A DNA stretch of 64,000 nucleotides. It comes from an uncultured Gemmatimonadales bacterium. GTDB lineage: Bacteria; Gemmatimonadota; Gemmatimonadetes; Gemmatimonadales; GWC2-71-9. Below, piece after piece: positions 1-13,583 of the stretch. The position numbers were made by a program, and so were the translations under genes. The DNA lies in the NCBI GenBank assembly GCA_963842945.1, contig CAWJIM010000003.1, positions 32,001-96,000 of the forward strand, read 5' to 3'. The notes under the pieces are model-generated. The model was not told the DNA's origin. It ran no database searches and worked only from the letters and a program-made list of their open reading frames with translations. The stretch's first letter is position 1. Each line of letters begins with the position of its first letter.

Positions 1-382
1 TGCACCGGGTCACCGCATTGAGCAACGTGGTGATGTCGGAAAAACCGATGAGCGCCTTGGGGCGACGGGCTATCGCCGCGAAGTCCACCCGGTCGAGCAG
101 CCGGAGGCTGCCATAGCCTCCCCGTATGCACCAAACTGCATCAATGGCGGGATCCTGGAACGCCGCGTTAAGATCGGAGAGGCGTTCATCGTCAGTGCCG
201 GCCAGGTAGCCATAGTGCTTATCGGCATTTCGTCCCAGGACGGGTTCGTAATCCAGCGCACGGCAGAGTTCTTGAGCCCGTGTTAGATCGTCTCTCTCCA
301 GCACCGGGCCAGCAGGAGCAACTAAGGCAATGCGGTTGCCGGGCACGAGTCGCGGGGGCTGGACCAGCGCTTTTGACCGCAT
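1..382 (-). CDS. LD-carboxypeptidase (peptidase S66, LdcA/MccF family), runs off the window edge
   Basis: Not in the ORF track. Manual translation from ATG 382: MRSKALVQPPRLVPGNRIALVAPAG...YLAGTDDERLSDLNAAFQDPAIDAVWCIRGGYGS...LIGFSDIT, with the S66 motifs RGGYG and GFSD. Confidence 0.92.
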   Translation of the reverse strand, partial: MRSKALVQPPRLVPGNRIALVAPAGPVLERDDLTRAQELCRALDYEPVLGRNADKHYGYLAGTDDERLSDLNAAFQDPAIDAVWCIRGGYGSLRLLDRVDFAAIARRPKALIGFSDITTLLNAVTRC

Positions 383-400
383 CGATGATCCCGAAGTAGA

Positions 401-991
401 TTGACGAACCTCAACCACGGAGAACGCTCAGTGCGTGCTTCGCAGCCCGCATTGCTTGCTGCTGGTCGCGTGATCGCCGAGATGCGCGACTCGATGGTCT
501 CTCAGTGGGCCGATTGGTTGGGAGACCGGATGACTGCAGCCCCCACGATACCGCGGTCTACGGTCGAGCGGGAGTTCCGGCTCCTCTTCGATGTCCTGAC
601 CGAGATGGTTGGCCCGCTGCGGCGAGAGGTGAATACCGTCTGGTATCACGTGTGCGAGCACTACGGCCGGGTGGCGTCGGCCCGAGGACTGGCCGCTGGT
701 GAGGTAGTGGAGGAACTGCAGTTCCTGCGGGAGCTGCTCATACGAGAGCTGGCGCCGATCCTGGTGGCCATGCGCGCTCGCCAAGGCATGGCGATCATGT
801 TGCGGCTGAACCGGGTGATCGACAAAGGCGTCGCCGTTGCGGTGGTGGGGTACACCGATGCCCTGGTGGCCACCCTGTTCTCCCAGAACGGTGTGCCTCT
901 CAGCAGCACCGAGCAGGACGTTGCCGAGGTAGACCGGCAACTCGACCTCATGGAGCAAGAGCTCCAAGCCGTTTCCCAGCAGATCAAATAG
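401..991 (+). CDS. Hypothetical helical protein, RsbRD N-terminal-like
   Basis: 196 aa; the HYGRVASARGLAAGEVVEELQFLRE pattern resembles the RsbRD_N HGxxR..G..EVV.E motif. Confidence 0.55.
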   Translation: MTNLNHGERSVRASQPALLAAGRVIAEMRDSMVSQWADWLGDRMTAAPTIPRSTVEREFRLLFDVLTEMVGPLRREVNTVWYHVCEHYGRVASARGLAAGEVVEELQFLRELLIRELAPILVAMRARQGMAIMLRLNRVIDKGVAVAVVGYTDALVATLFSQNGVPLSSTEQDVAEVDRQLDLMEQELQAVSQQIK

Positions 992-1003
992 CGGCACTCA
1001 CCG

Positions 1004-2173
1004 GTGCCGCTGTCGCCTGTTTCGGAGCTGCTCCCGGCGGCTCCCTGGTTGCTGCCCTTCCTTACTCTTCCCCGGCTTGCTCGTCGTACTCCCAACCTGA
1101 GTGATGCACCTCGGAGCTCCGGGCCGCTGGTGTCGATCATCATCCCAGCTCGGAATGAGTCCAGGACCATCCCCACGGTCATACAATCCGTGCTGGAATC
1201 GACCTATCAGCCATTCGAGGTGTTGGTGGTGGACGATCGGTCGACGGACGACACAGCCAGCGTAGTCCGCGGATTTGCTTCGGACGCCCGACTCCGACTC
1301 CTCGGCGGCGAGGAGTTACCGCCAGGGTGGTACGGAAAGCCCTGGGCCTGCATGCAGGGATATCGCGCATCGCAAGGCGAACTGCTCCTGTTTACTGACG
1401 CCGATACCCGGCACTATCCCGAGCTCCTGGAGCGGGCCGTCGGCGCGCTGCTCACCCAGCGGGCTGACCTGGTGACCGTCTCCCCCCTGCAACGCTGCAT
1501 CAGCTTCTGGGAGCGGATAGTCATGCCCCAGATCTGGTATCTGCTGGCACTCCGATACACTCCGCGGAGTGTCAACCGGGCACGGCGCGCTCGCGATGTC
1601 ATTGCCAACGGACAGTTCATTCTGACCAGCCGCACGGCATACGAAACCGCCGGCACGCACGCCGCTGTTCGCCACGAGGTGGCTGAAGACCTGGCTCTGG
1701 CCCAGACGTATGTGGGCAAGGGCCTCAAGCTCCACTTTGCCTTCGCCGACCGGTTGATGGAGACCAGGATGTATGAAGGACTTTCTTCATTGATCGAGGG
1801 ATGGTCCAAGAACGTCTACCTGGGCGGACGCCGCTCATTCCCTAACGAGCCATTCCAGAGAGCCCTGGTTCCAGTGATGCTGATCAGCGCAATGGTGTTC
1901 TGGCTGGTTCCACCCACGCTGTTGGTGTGGAGTGCCGCTGAAGGCTCATCGCTGATTTCGGCCGCAGCCCTGGCTGTGGGATTGTCCTCGGTATTCTGGA
2001 TGCTGATCTGCTATGGGATGCAGATCCCCCCACTCCACGGCCTGGGCTACCCTCTTGGCACGCTCATGGCACTCTACATCGTTCTTCGGTCGACCTGGCG
2101 GGGGAGTCGGAGAGTCGAGTGGAGAGGACGGGTATACAGCCAAAGCAAGAGGGACAACGTGGGAGAGCAGTAA
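1004..2173 (+). CDS. Family 2 glycosyltransferase (CrtQ/CruC-like, lipid or carotenoid acceptor)
   Basis: SIIIPARNE, VDDRSTD, GWYGKPWAC, FTDAD and AEDLALA motifs; C-terminal TM helices and an EWRGR tail. Confidence 0.88.
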   Translation: MPLSPVSELLPAAPWLLPFLTLPRLARRTPNLSDAPRSSGPLVSIIIPARNESRTIPTVIQSVLESTYQPFEVLVVDDRSTDDTASVVRGFASDARLRLLGGEELPPGWYGKPWACMQGYRASQGELLLFTDADTRHYPELLERAVGALLTQRADLVTVSPLQRCISFWERIVMPQIWYLLALRYTPRSVNRARRARDVIANGQFILTSRTAYETAGTHAAVRHEVAEDLALAQTYVGKGLKLHFAFADRLMETRMYEGLSSLIEGWSKNVYLGGRRSFPNEPFQRALVPVMLISAMVFWLVPPTLLVWSAAEGSSLISAAALAVGLSSVFWMLICYGMQIPPLHGLGYPLGTLMALYIVLRSTWRGSRRVEWRGRVYSQSKRDNVGEQ

Positions 2174-2190
2174 ACACCGGACGGGCCGGC

Positions 2191-2844
2191 CTACTGCCGG
2201 TCTACCACTACGTTCTGGGTGGGAATTCTGGCGCCGAGAAGACGTCCCTCACCATTGAGCCTCAGATCGTAGCGGGTGTCACCGATATCCATGCGCACCG
2301 AGTCGGCATTCGGGGGAGAGAGCTTGGCAAGCAATGTCTGTCCCCCTCCCAGATTGAAAAAGGGAACGGAGGATCCCTGGTTGGCGGCTCGCGCTCGACG
2401 CACGGCCTGCTCGATCAACGCGAACGAGAGGTTGAGGTAAGGAATAGCCCCCGACTCGGTTCCCATGACCCGTGTCACCAGCCCGCTGCTGCCGATCTCG
2501 TCCACCGCGGCACTGTCTTCCTTGAAGATCACCCGAGCCCGCTGAACAATCCTCGGACGGGTCGACCCACTGTCAGTGCCTTCCTGTACGGTCACTTCGA
2601 TTAAAGGGACGCTGCCGTCGGGCGCGAGGACGGCGGCGTAGCGCTCTGAGGTAGCCTTGGCGTTCCGGATGCTAAGGGTGCCTTCCAGCTTGGTTGCAGT
2701 TCGGACAAACCGCTCGGTGGCGACCGTGTCGCGCCCGCGACGAACCAAAAACGACCCACTGTCAGTGGCGGTCTGCGCCAATAGCGGGCCAGCCCAGCCG
2801 AACAGCGCGGCGGATGTGATTGCAAGCAGAGATAGTGTCTTCAT
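2191..2844 (-). CDS. Hypothetical secreted protein
   Basis: Likely start ATG 2844 gives signal peptide MKTLSLLAITSAALFGWAGPLLA-Q; beta-rich mature region. Confidence 0.65.
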   Translation of the reverse strand: MKTLSLLAITSAALFGWAGPLLAQTATDSGSFLVRRGRDTVATERFVRTATKLEGTLSIRNAKATSERYAAVLAPDGSVPLIEVTVQEGTDSGSTRPRIVQRARVIFKEDSAAVDEIGSSGLVTRVMGTESGAIPYLNLSFALIEQAVRRARAANQGSSVPFFNLGGGQTLLAKLSPPNADSVRMDIGDTRYDLRLNGEGRLLGARIPTQNVVVDRQ

Positions 2845-2965
2845 GGTTGGAAATGTTCCCGCCCGTGTTCCGGGAGTCAATTCGACCCCACCCGCAGGAT
2901 TCCGATAACGTCCCCACTCCTGGCCGCAGCTACCGTGGGCATCCGCTTTCGGCGATGGGCCACGG

Positions 2966-5900
2966 ATGGAGCTACAGCAAGCACTGCGGTCGATCGGCTC
3001 CATCGCCGATTTGCCGGGACTCATCACAACGCTGGGCCATTCCGCCAAGTGGGAGCCGGTTCCACGCTCGGCCTGGAACAAACCGGGATCTCGTACCTTC
3101 GATCTGACCCTGGTCGGCCAGACTGCTGGTCTTCCCTGGTTCGCCATACCCAGCTCGCGGGCTGAGCGGGATGCAATCTTGCTGGCCCGGCGGATCGCGC
3201 GTCGAGGCAAGGCGGCAATGGTGTTAGCGCTGGACAGCCAAACTCACCAGCTCGGGGTATCGGTGGCGTTTGGAAGCGCTCCCGGCCTGCAGGTCAACCT
3301 CGGCAGCCCTGACGCAGAGTCGGTAGTGTCTCTGGCTCGTCTGGCGGGCACGGTGGAAGGGGGCACACTCGCCTTCGCGGCTCGAGCGGCCGATGCACTC
3401 TCAACCGAGCCGGTCGGCAGGCGCTTCTTCCGGGAGTTCAAAGGAACGCTCGACCGGATGGCCGCCGCACTGCCCGAGCGTATGCCGAGAGCAGACCGGC
3501 ACGCGACTTGTCCTACTCCAACTGACCCGCGTCCTCTTTCTCTACTTCATCCAGAGTAAAGGCTGGCTGGGGCAGCGAAACCGCTTCCTGGCCGAGGAAG
3601 TGGACCGCTGTCTCAGCAGGGGGCGCCGAATCCACCGCGACTTCCTTCGGCCACTCTTTTTCGGAACCCTGAATCAACCCCGGTCTGAACGAGGCCGTAC
3701 AGCTCGGCAATTTGGCGCCATACCCTTTCTCAACGGCGGCCTCTTCGAGCCTCACTCGCTCGAGCGGCGCTATCGGGCGGATATCCCGAACCCCCTGTGG
3801 TGTGATGCCTTCGACCGGCTGTTCGAGCGCTTCCACTTTACGGTCTCGGAGGGCGACAAACCTGGCAGCGTCGCCCCTGACATGCTCGGCCGCGTCTTCG
3901 AGGGCGTCATGGACCCCGAAGATCGGCGGGCGTCGGGCACGTTCTATACTCCCGCCGCTCTGGTGGAGCGGTTGGTCGATGCGGCGTTAGCCGTGGTCCT
4001 CGCCATTCCGAATGGGATGCACGGAGCAGGAGGCCGAGCGCCGGTTGATCGAGCAAGATCCTGTTGCTGCTGGCGTGCTCGACGGGATAACAGTGCTCGA
4101 TCCGGCGGTAGGTTCGGGAGCATTCCTCCTGGGCACGCTGAACCGGCTCGCCGTCACCGCCGAACCCTCCGGCCACGCCGAGCGCAAGCGCCGCGTTCTG
4201 CAGCAAAGCCTGTTTGGCGTCGATCGAAATGCGGCGGCAGTGCGTCTGGCGGAGTTACGCCTTTGGCTCTCCGTCATCGCCGATGACCCCAGTGGTTCTG
4301 CCCATGCCGTGCGCCCCCTGCCCAACCTTGACTGTCTGATCCGTCAGGGAGACAGCCTGTTCGATCCCGGAGGTCTCGACCTGCTCTCTGCCGCCTCGCG
4401 CCAGGATCGGGCCCTGATAACCGAGATGTCCCAGGTGCGGAAACTGGTCATTGGCGCAACCGGATCACAGAAGAGGAGCTGGGTTCGCCGGCTGCGCCAG
4501 CTCGAAGCGCAAGCACTGGGCAACTCTCTTCGGAGGCCGAGGAGCAACGTCGTGGTGCCATTGCAGGCTATTTGCAGCTCGCCCGGGCTCCGGATCTGTT
4601 CGGCGGGCAGCGAGGGCTGGATCGGGAGTTGCGCGCCGGTCTGAACCAGGAACGCACCGCTCTCCGCCGGCTGCGTCAGGCGCGCCGGCAACTGTCCCGC
4701 CATGACGAAATGCCCTGGTTTCACTATCACAGCGCATTCGCCGACGTCTTCGCCCAGGGAGGCTTCGATCTGGTGATTGGCAATCCACCCTGGCTGCGCT
4801 CCGAAGCAATCCCGCCCAGCACGCGGAGGCAGATCGCTGCCCGGTATCGCTGGTGGAGAAGCCGCACCGGCTCGCTACGCCAACTCTCCCGATCTGGCAA
4901 TCGCCTTCCTCGAGCGGGCCTTCGAGCTGGCTCGGCCCCAAGGCATGGTGGCCATGCTGGTACCCGCCAAGATCGCTACTGCCGGCTATGGCGCGGGCGC
5001 CCGGCATGCGCTCGCCAGCTCCACGACACTTCATCTGGTGGCGAACGTCACCGGCACTCCTGAGGCAGCATTCGATGCCACCGTATATCCGCTGGCGCTG
5101 GTTGCCGGCAACTCCACTCCACCTTCCAATCAGCTGATTCGCACAGATCTGTCTTCCGATAGGGGACATTGCGTCGAGCAAACTCAACTTCGCGGCGGTG
5201 CACCGTGGATCCTGAAGCACGCCGGTGTCCACGCGGTCTTAGCCGAGCTGGAGCAGCAGCATCCTCGCCTGGCCGAGAACCTCACTTGTCATCTGGGCGT
5301 CAAAACCGGGCTGAACCAGGTGTTTCTCGATCCACCCGGCGATATCGAACCGGAGCTCACCCGTTGGGCGCTTCGAGGGCGCGACGTCAGGCCGTTTCGT
5401 TGCAGTCCGAAATTGCGGCTGCTCTGGACTCATGATATCCGGGGGAATCCGCTGTCCCAGCCTTCCGCCCAAGGCTCTGGCCTTCTTGAATCCGTACGCT
5501 GATGCTCTTCGGCGTCGGCAGGATTTTCGACGGGGCCCGTTTTGGACCGTGTTCCGGGCGATGCCCGCCGTGGCACGGCATCGCGTCATTTGGCCTGATC
5601 TGTCCCGGCAGCTCAAGGCAGCCGCGCTGACCGGCCGAGCCACAGCCTGAGTGGATCCCGCTCAACACCTGTTATGTGACACCGGTTGCAAGTGTCCTGC
5701 AGGCGCACGCGCTGGCCGCCTGGTTGAATTCCACCTGGATCCGCGCGGTAGCGATGCTGGGGGCGGTACCGGCAGCCGGTGGGTTCTTTCGATTCAATGC
5801 CGGGGTGGTCAGGGCTCTCCCACTTCCGCCTGCGGCACTGCGAGATCGGGACCTGGCTCAACTCGCGCTCGATGGGCGAGCCGGCAAATCGGTTGCGGGA

Positions 5901-5999
5901 GAGCTCGACGCGCGGGTGGCACATCATCTCACTCTCTCGGAACGCGCGCAAAAGGCGCTTCGTGCTGCGCTGCACAGCTGCTCCATCGATCATCGCTGA
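2966..5999 (+). CDS. Large gamma-class N6-adenine DNA methyltransferase (Eco57I/type IIG/DrmMI-like), split by several frameshifts
   Basis: Ordered motifs across frames: [25 protein letters not shown], motif [35 protein letters not shown], motif [14 protein letters not shown], and a TRD-like C-terminus. Confidence 0.88.
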
Positions 6000-6012
6000 A
6001 GCGCTGGTCGAG

Positions 6013-8259
6013 GTGCCGGACGCCCTCCTTACTGTGCTGCGCCCCGGACCATTGGTCCCGGCTGCGCAGATTGCGGCTCACCTGGCACGGACTCTCGGCC
6101 CGGCTGAATCTCCCGCTCAGCCCCCCTCCTGGCTGCTGCAGTGCCAGCAACGGAGCTTTCGCCGCGTGTTAGCCGCCATCCAGCGTTACCGGGGTGCACT
6201 CCTGGCAGACCCGGTGGGAAGCGGCAAGACATTCATTGCCCTGGCTGTAGCGGCCGAGCTCAACCGTGGAACAACCGCGTGCCTGGTTCCGGCCTCGTTG
6301 CTGTCCCAGTGGCACGCCACCGCAGAACGGCTCGAGGTTCCCGTTGAGCTCTGCTCCCACGAGCAGGTCAGCCGGGGACGGCTGCCGCGCGGCACCCGTG
6401 GACTTGTCATAGTCGATGAAAGCCATCACTTCCGAAACCCCACACCAGACGCTATCGCCACCTCGCTCCCTGGCTGATTGGCCGCTCCGCACTGCTGCTG
6501 ACCGCTACGCCGATCGTCAACCGAGCGGCAGACCTCGCGGTTCAGTTGCTGCTGTCCATTCGAGATGATGCCCTGATACTGGAAGGGGTGGGCTCACTTC
6601 GGGAGCTGCTCAAGCAAGGCTGCTCGGCTCCAGCGTTGGGCGAGCTGGTGTTCGAGAGCGACGCAGTGATTGAGTCCAGGCCCCAGCGGGTGGTCCTGCG
6701 CCGAGCGGCTGATCCAAGAGAGTCCTTGGCTGGGAACGCGGTGCTCGCGAGAGTGGACAGGCTCAAGCTTTCCCGATGTCAGACCATAGCGGAGTTGATT
6801 CGGGGCGTGTTCTTCCGGGCTGCGGCCTCGAGCCCGGCGGCACTTCACGAGAGCCTCTGTCGTTACCGCCGTCTGCTGCTGCACGCGCGCGACGCGCTGA
6901 AGGCGGGACAGATGTTGGACAGGACGGAACTGAGACGCTTCACCCGCGAACTCGACGACCAGCTGGTCTGGTGGGAGCTGCTGCCTATAGGCCGGCGCCA
7001 TCGGAGATCGAGACTCAGCGATCTGGAGCAGCTGGAGCTGATGATCCATGAGATTGAAGATCAAACTTCAAGAGAAGATCCGAAGCTGGAACGCCTCTGA
7101 GGACGCTTCTGAACGAGGGCACGCCAACGCTGGTGTTTGCCACCAGCCGCGCAACGGTGCGCTACCTGCGGGACGCACTATCCGATCTACGCGTCGCCTG
7201 GTGCACCGGCGAACGGGCCGGCATAGGATCCGCCCTATTGCCCCGAGAAAATGTGCTCGGCTGGTTTCGTGAACCTACGTCATTGCCTCAGGCGCCGAGG
7301 CACCTGGTCGTGACTGATGTGGCGGCCGAAGGACTGGATCTGCAGCGCGTAGCCCGAGTGGTGCATTACGACCTTCCCTGGACCCCCATGCGGGTAGAAC
7401 AAAGAGAAGGACGAGCTGTGCGTTACGGCTCGAGACACGCCCAGGTGGAGGTGGTCACGCTGGCCTTACCCCCGCCGCTGGAGCGGCGGATCCGCCTCAA
7501 CGCCACACTGGCTCGGAAAAACAGACTGCCCGCCGCAGTGGGACTCGGTCCCTCGGGCAAGCATGTCTGGCGCTGGCGAAGCGAGCTGGCAAGCCGGTTC
7601 GATGGATTACCCTCGGCCACAGGACTGGCTCATGTAGTCGACCCATCGAGCGGACTTCTTGCGGGCTTTGTGTGCCTCCCCTTCGGCCGCACTGACGGCC
7701 TGAGCAGCACAGTCCTCTGGATCGATGACCAGGCAAACTGGACCGAGTCACCCGAAGTTCTGGGGGCCCGGCTCGACTCGGCCGCCGCTCAATCAGGAAC
7801 TTGTGAGCCCGACCCTTCCCAGCTGCAGCACTATCTGGCCCTCTTGGCCAAACCGATCCGGGAGCGCCTCAATTCCGCCACCGGACGTCGCTGGATCGTT
7901 CCTGATCCGAAGCCCCGCAGCCCGAGTAGTTTTGGCCCAGCTCCACGTGCTGGTGGGACAGGCTGTGCGTCGCCACGACCCGGCGGCTCTGGCTCAGCTG
8001 GAGCGGGCCATCGGGTTTGCCACCCGAGGTCACACCGCGGGTGAGGCTGCCCTGATGGAGCGGCTGGCGAAGGCCACGGCAGCGCGAACTCAAGGCTCTT
8101 ATCCGGACACTGCCGCGGGAGGCGCCGAAGCCGGATCAACTCGAGGTCAAACTCACCGGCCTGGTGCTCTTCGGGCCTGCGAAAAACGAGACGAGCGCGG
8201 TAGCTTCTCCGTCATGTCTCAGCTGCAAACCGCTCTCTTCGATCTCGACGGCACCCTGA
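6013..8259 (+). CDS. SNF2-like SF2 helicase, split by frameshifts (start approximate)
   Basis: Walker A LLADPVGSGKT, DESHHFRN, LLLTATPIVN, TDVAAEGLDLQ, HYDLPWTPMRVEQREGR; the last frame ends TGA 8259, overlapping the next gene. Confidence 0.85.
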
Positions 8260-8868
8260 TCGACTCGATCAGGCTCATTCTCGACAGCTATCACCATACG
8301 CTCACCCATCACAATCTTCCGGCCCGATCAGACGAAGAGTGGCTTCGGGGAGTAGGAACCCCGCTGCACGTCCAGTTCTCCCAGTGGCGTGACACGCCGG
8401 AGATGCTGGAGGCCATGATCGCCACCTATCGGGAATTCAATCTCAAGCACCACGATCGAATGGTGACCGTGTACCCCGGCGTGGTGGAGGCGGTGAGAGA
8501 GATCAAATCGGCGGGGATACAAACCGGTCTGGTCACCAGCAAGAACCGGCAGGGCGCTCTCCGCGGGCTGACGCTGGTTGGTCTGGAAGCGCTGATGGAC
8601 GTAATGGTCTGCGCCGACGAAGTGAGCAACCCCAAGCCACATCCGGAGCCGGTCGAGAAGGCAGTGGCGCTATTGGGGGCAGATCCGGCACGCACCGTTT
8701 ACGTGGGCGATAGCACTCACGACATGCACTCGGGCCGAGCAGCCGGAGTCAAGACGGCCGCAGCGCTCTGGGGGCCCTTCGGGAGGTCGCATCTGGAAAG
8801 TGCCGCGTCCGGACTACTGGTTGGAGAAACCGAAGGATCTGGTCAGCCTGATGATCAAGAAAGCGTGA
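8214..8868 (+). CDS. HAD-IA hydrolase (PpaX/phosphoglycolate phosphatase-like), frameshift near 8805
   Basis: LFDLDGTLIDS, VTSK, KPHPEP and YVGDSTHD motifs; the corrected tail reads PDYWLEKPKDL...KKA*. Confidence 0.9.
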
Positions 8869-8902
8869 GGGGGAAGCAAAAGCTGAGCGGTGAGGGGGTA
8901 AA

Positions 8903-11690
<2,788 letters not shown>

Positions 11691-11904
11691 TACTGGCGAG
11701 ACCTATCCCCCGACACTTCAGCAGGTTGTGTTGTACCGGCTCAGGTGCTTGCTAGTTCGGTTGCTTCAGTTGTGGACCGATGTAATGCCCAGCGTGGAAG
11801 GTACTTGGCGGGCTGCTCTCCGCTAGAACTATGCCGCTTGCCAACCCCACCTCCCCGGCTATTTTACCGCCGCTTCTGCCCCTCGACACCCAAGGGTTTT
11901 TTTC

Positions 11905-12525
11905 ATGCGCCTTCTTCCCCGCGACGAGAAGTTCTTCGACCTCTTCAGCAACGTCGCCAACATCAGCGTCGAGGCCGCCCAGCTTCAGGTGGACCTGCTA
12001 AAGTCCGAACCGATGCGCCGGCGGGCCATCGTGGACGCCATCAAGCGACTCGAGCACCAGGCCGATGAGGTCACCCATGAAGTGGTGAGCCGGCTCGATC
12101 GGGTATTCATCACCCCGCTCGACCGGGAAGACATTCACCTGCTGGCGTCAAGGCTGGATGACGTCATGGACCTGATCGACGGAACCGCCAGCCGGGTCCA
12201 GATGTATCAGGCCGGCGAAGCCCCGCCCGGCGCCATTCTCATGGCTGATGTCGTGCTCCGGGCCACGCAACAGCTCCGGGTAGCGGTTATGGCGCTGGAA
12301 AAGAACAAGGACCGCGTGGTGCTCGATGCCTGCGCCCAGGTGAAGCGGCTGGAAGAGGAGGGTGACTCGGTTTATCACGAATGGGTCGCCCGGCTGTTCG
12401 ACGGCTCGCCCGACGCGCTCATCGTGATCAAGTGGAAAGAGATCTACGACACGCTGGAGAAGACGCTGGACCACATGGAAGATGCCGGGAACGTGCTGGA
12501 GTCCATCTCGATCAAGCACGGCTGA
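11905..12525 (+). CDS. DUF47 / PhoU-like phosphate transport regulator
   Basis: EHQADEV..FITPLDREDI..LDDVMD and KWKEIY motifs; directly upstream of Pit. Confidence 0.92.
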   Translation: MRLLPRDEKFFDLFSNVANISVEAAQLQVDLLKSEPMRRRAIVDAIKRLEHQADEVTHEVVSRLDRVFITPLDREDIHLLASRLDDVMDLIDGTASRVQMYQAGEAPPGAILMADVVLRATQQLRVAVMALEKNKDRVVLDACAQVKRLEEEGDSVYHEWVARLFDGSPDALIVIKWKEIYDTLEKTLDHMEDAGNVLESISIKHG

Positions 12526-12527
12526 GC

Positions 12528-13565
12528 ATGGATCACGACGTCCTCTATGTCCTGGTCATCATCGGCGTTGCGCTGACCTTCGATTTCATCAACGGCTTCC
12601 ACGACAGTGCCAACTCGATCGCAACGGTAGTTTCGACCCGGGTGCTGAGCCCGGGAGTAGCGGTGGTGTGGGCGGCGTTCTTCAACTTCATGGCGGCATT
12701 CGTGGTGGGAACGGCGGTTGCCAGGACTGTGGGCAAGGGGCTGATCGACCCCATGGTAGTGGATCCCAGTGTGGTGCTGGGCGGACTGTTGGGCGCCATT
12801 CTCTGGGATTTGATCACCTGGTTTCTGGGACTTCCTACCTCATCCTCCCACGCCCTGCTGGGAGGCTACGGTGGGGCCGCCATCGCCAAAGCCGGATTCG
12901 GAGCTCTGATTCTCTCAGGCTGGGTCCTGCCGGTCGTCTTCATCGTGCTCTCACCGTTGCTCGGTATGGCGATCGCACTGGGGCTCACCGTAGGATTATC
13001 GTGGCTCTTGCGGAGCAAGCGTCCGGGGCCGCTGGACAAGGCTTTCCGAAGGTTGCAGCTCGTCTCCGCCGCTCTCTACTCTTTGAGTCACGGGGCCAAC
13101 GACGCGCAGAAGACGATGGGCATCATCGTCGGCCTGCTGGTCTCCACCCAGCATCTTTTCCTGAATCAGCAGGGCTGGCTCGGCTTTTTCTACGTGGCAA
13201 CCGCTGATCGAATTCCGCTGTGGGTCGAGCTCGCTGCCTACACCGCCATTGCCTGCGGGACCGCGCTCGGCGGCTGGCGCATCGTGAAGACCATGGGAAC
13301 CAGGATCACCCGCCTTCGGCCGTTCGGCGGATTCTGTGCGGAGACTGCAGGCGGGATCACGGTATTGATCGCCTCCCGGCTGGGTGTGCCGGTCAGTACG
13401 ACGCACACCATCACCGGCGCCATCGTGGGCGTGGGGGCGGCGCAACGGCTCTCCGCTGTCCGGTGGGGAGTTGCCCGGCGGATCGTGTGGGCCTGGATCC
13501 TGACCATGCCCATGAGCGCCGCGATTGCTGCGGTGGCGTATTTGGTGTTGAGTAAGAGGGTCTGA
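12528..13565 (+). CDS. pit: Inorganic phosphate transporter, PiT family
   Basis: NGFHDSANSIAT, GLPTSSSHAL, HGANDAQKTMG and PVSTTH signatures; start ATG 12528. Confidence 0.95.
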   Translation: MDHDVLYVLVIIGVALTFDFINGFHDSANSIATVVSTRVLSPGVAVVWAAFFNFMAAFVVGTAVARTVGKGLIDPMVVDPSVVLGGLLGAILWDLITWFLGLPTSSSHALLGGYGGAAIAKAGFGALILSGWVLPVVFIVLSPLLGMAIALGLTVGLSWLLRSKRPGPLDKAFRRLQLVSAALYSLSHGANDAQKTMGIIVGLLVSTQHLFLNQQGWLGFFYVATADRIPLWVELAAYTAIACGTALGGWRIVKTMGTRITRLRPFGGFCAETAGGITVLIASRLGVPVSTTHTITGAIVGVGAAQRLSAVRWGVARRIVWAWILTMPMSAAIAAVAYLVLSKRV

Positions 13566-13583
13566 CGGCTCTGGCGTCTGCGG

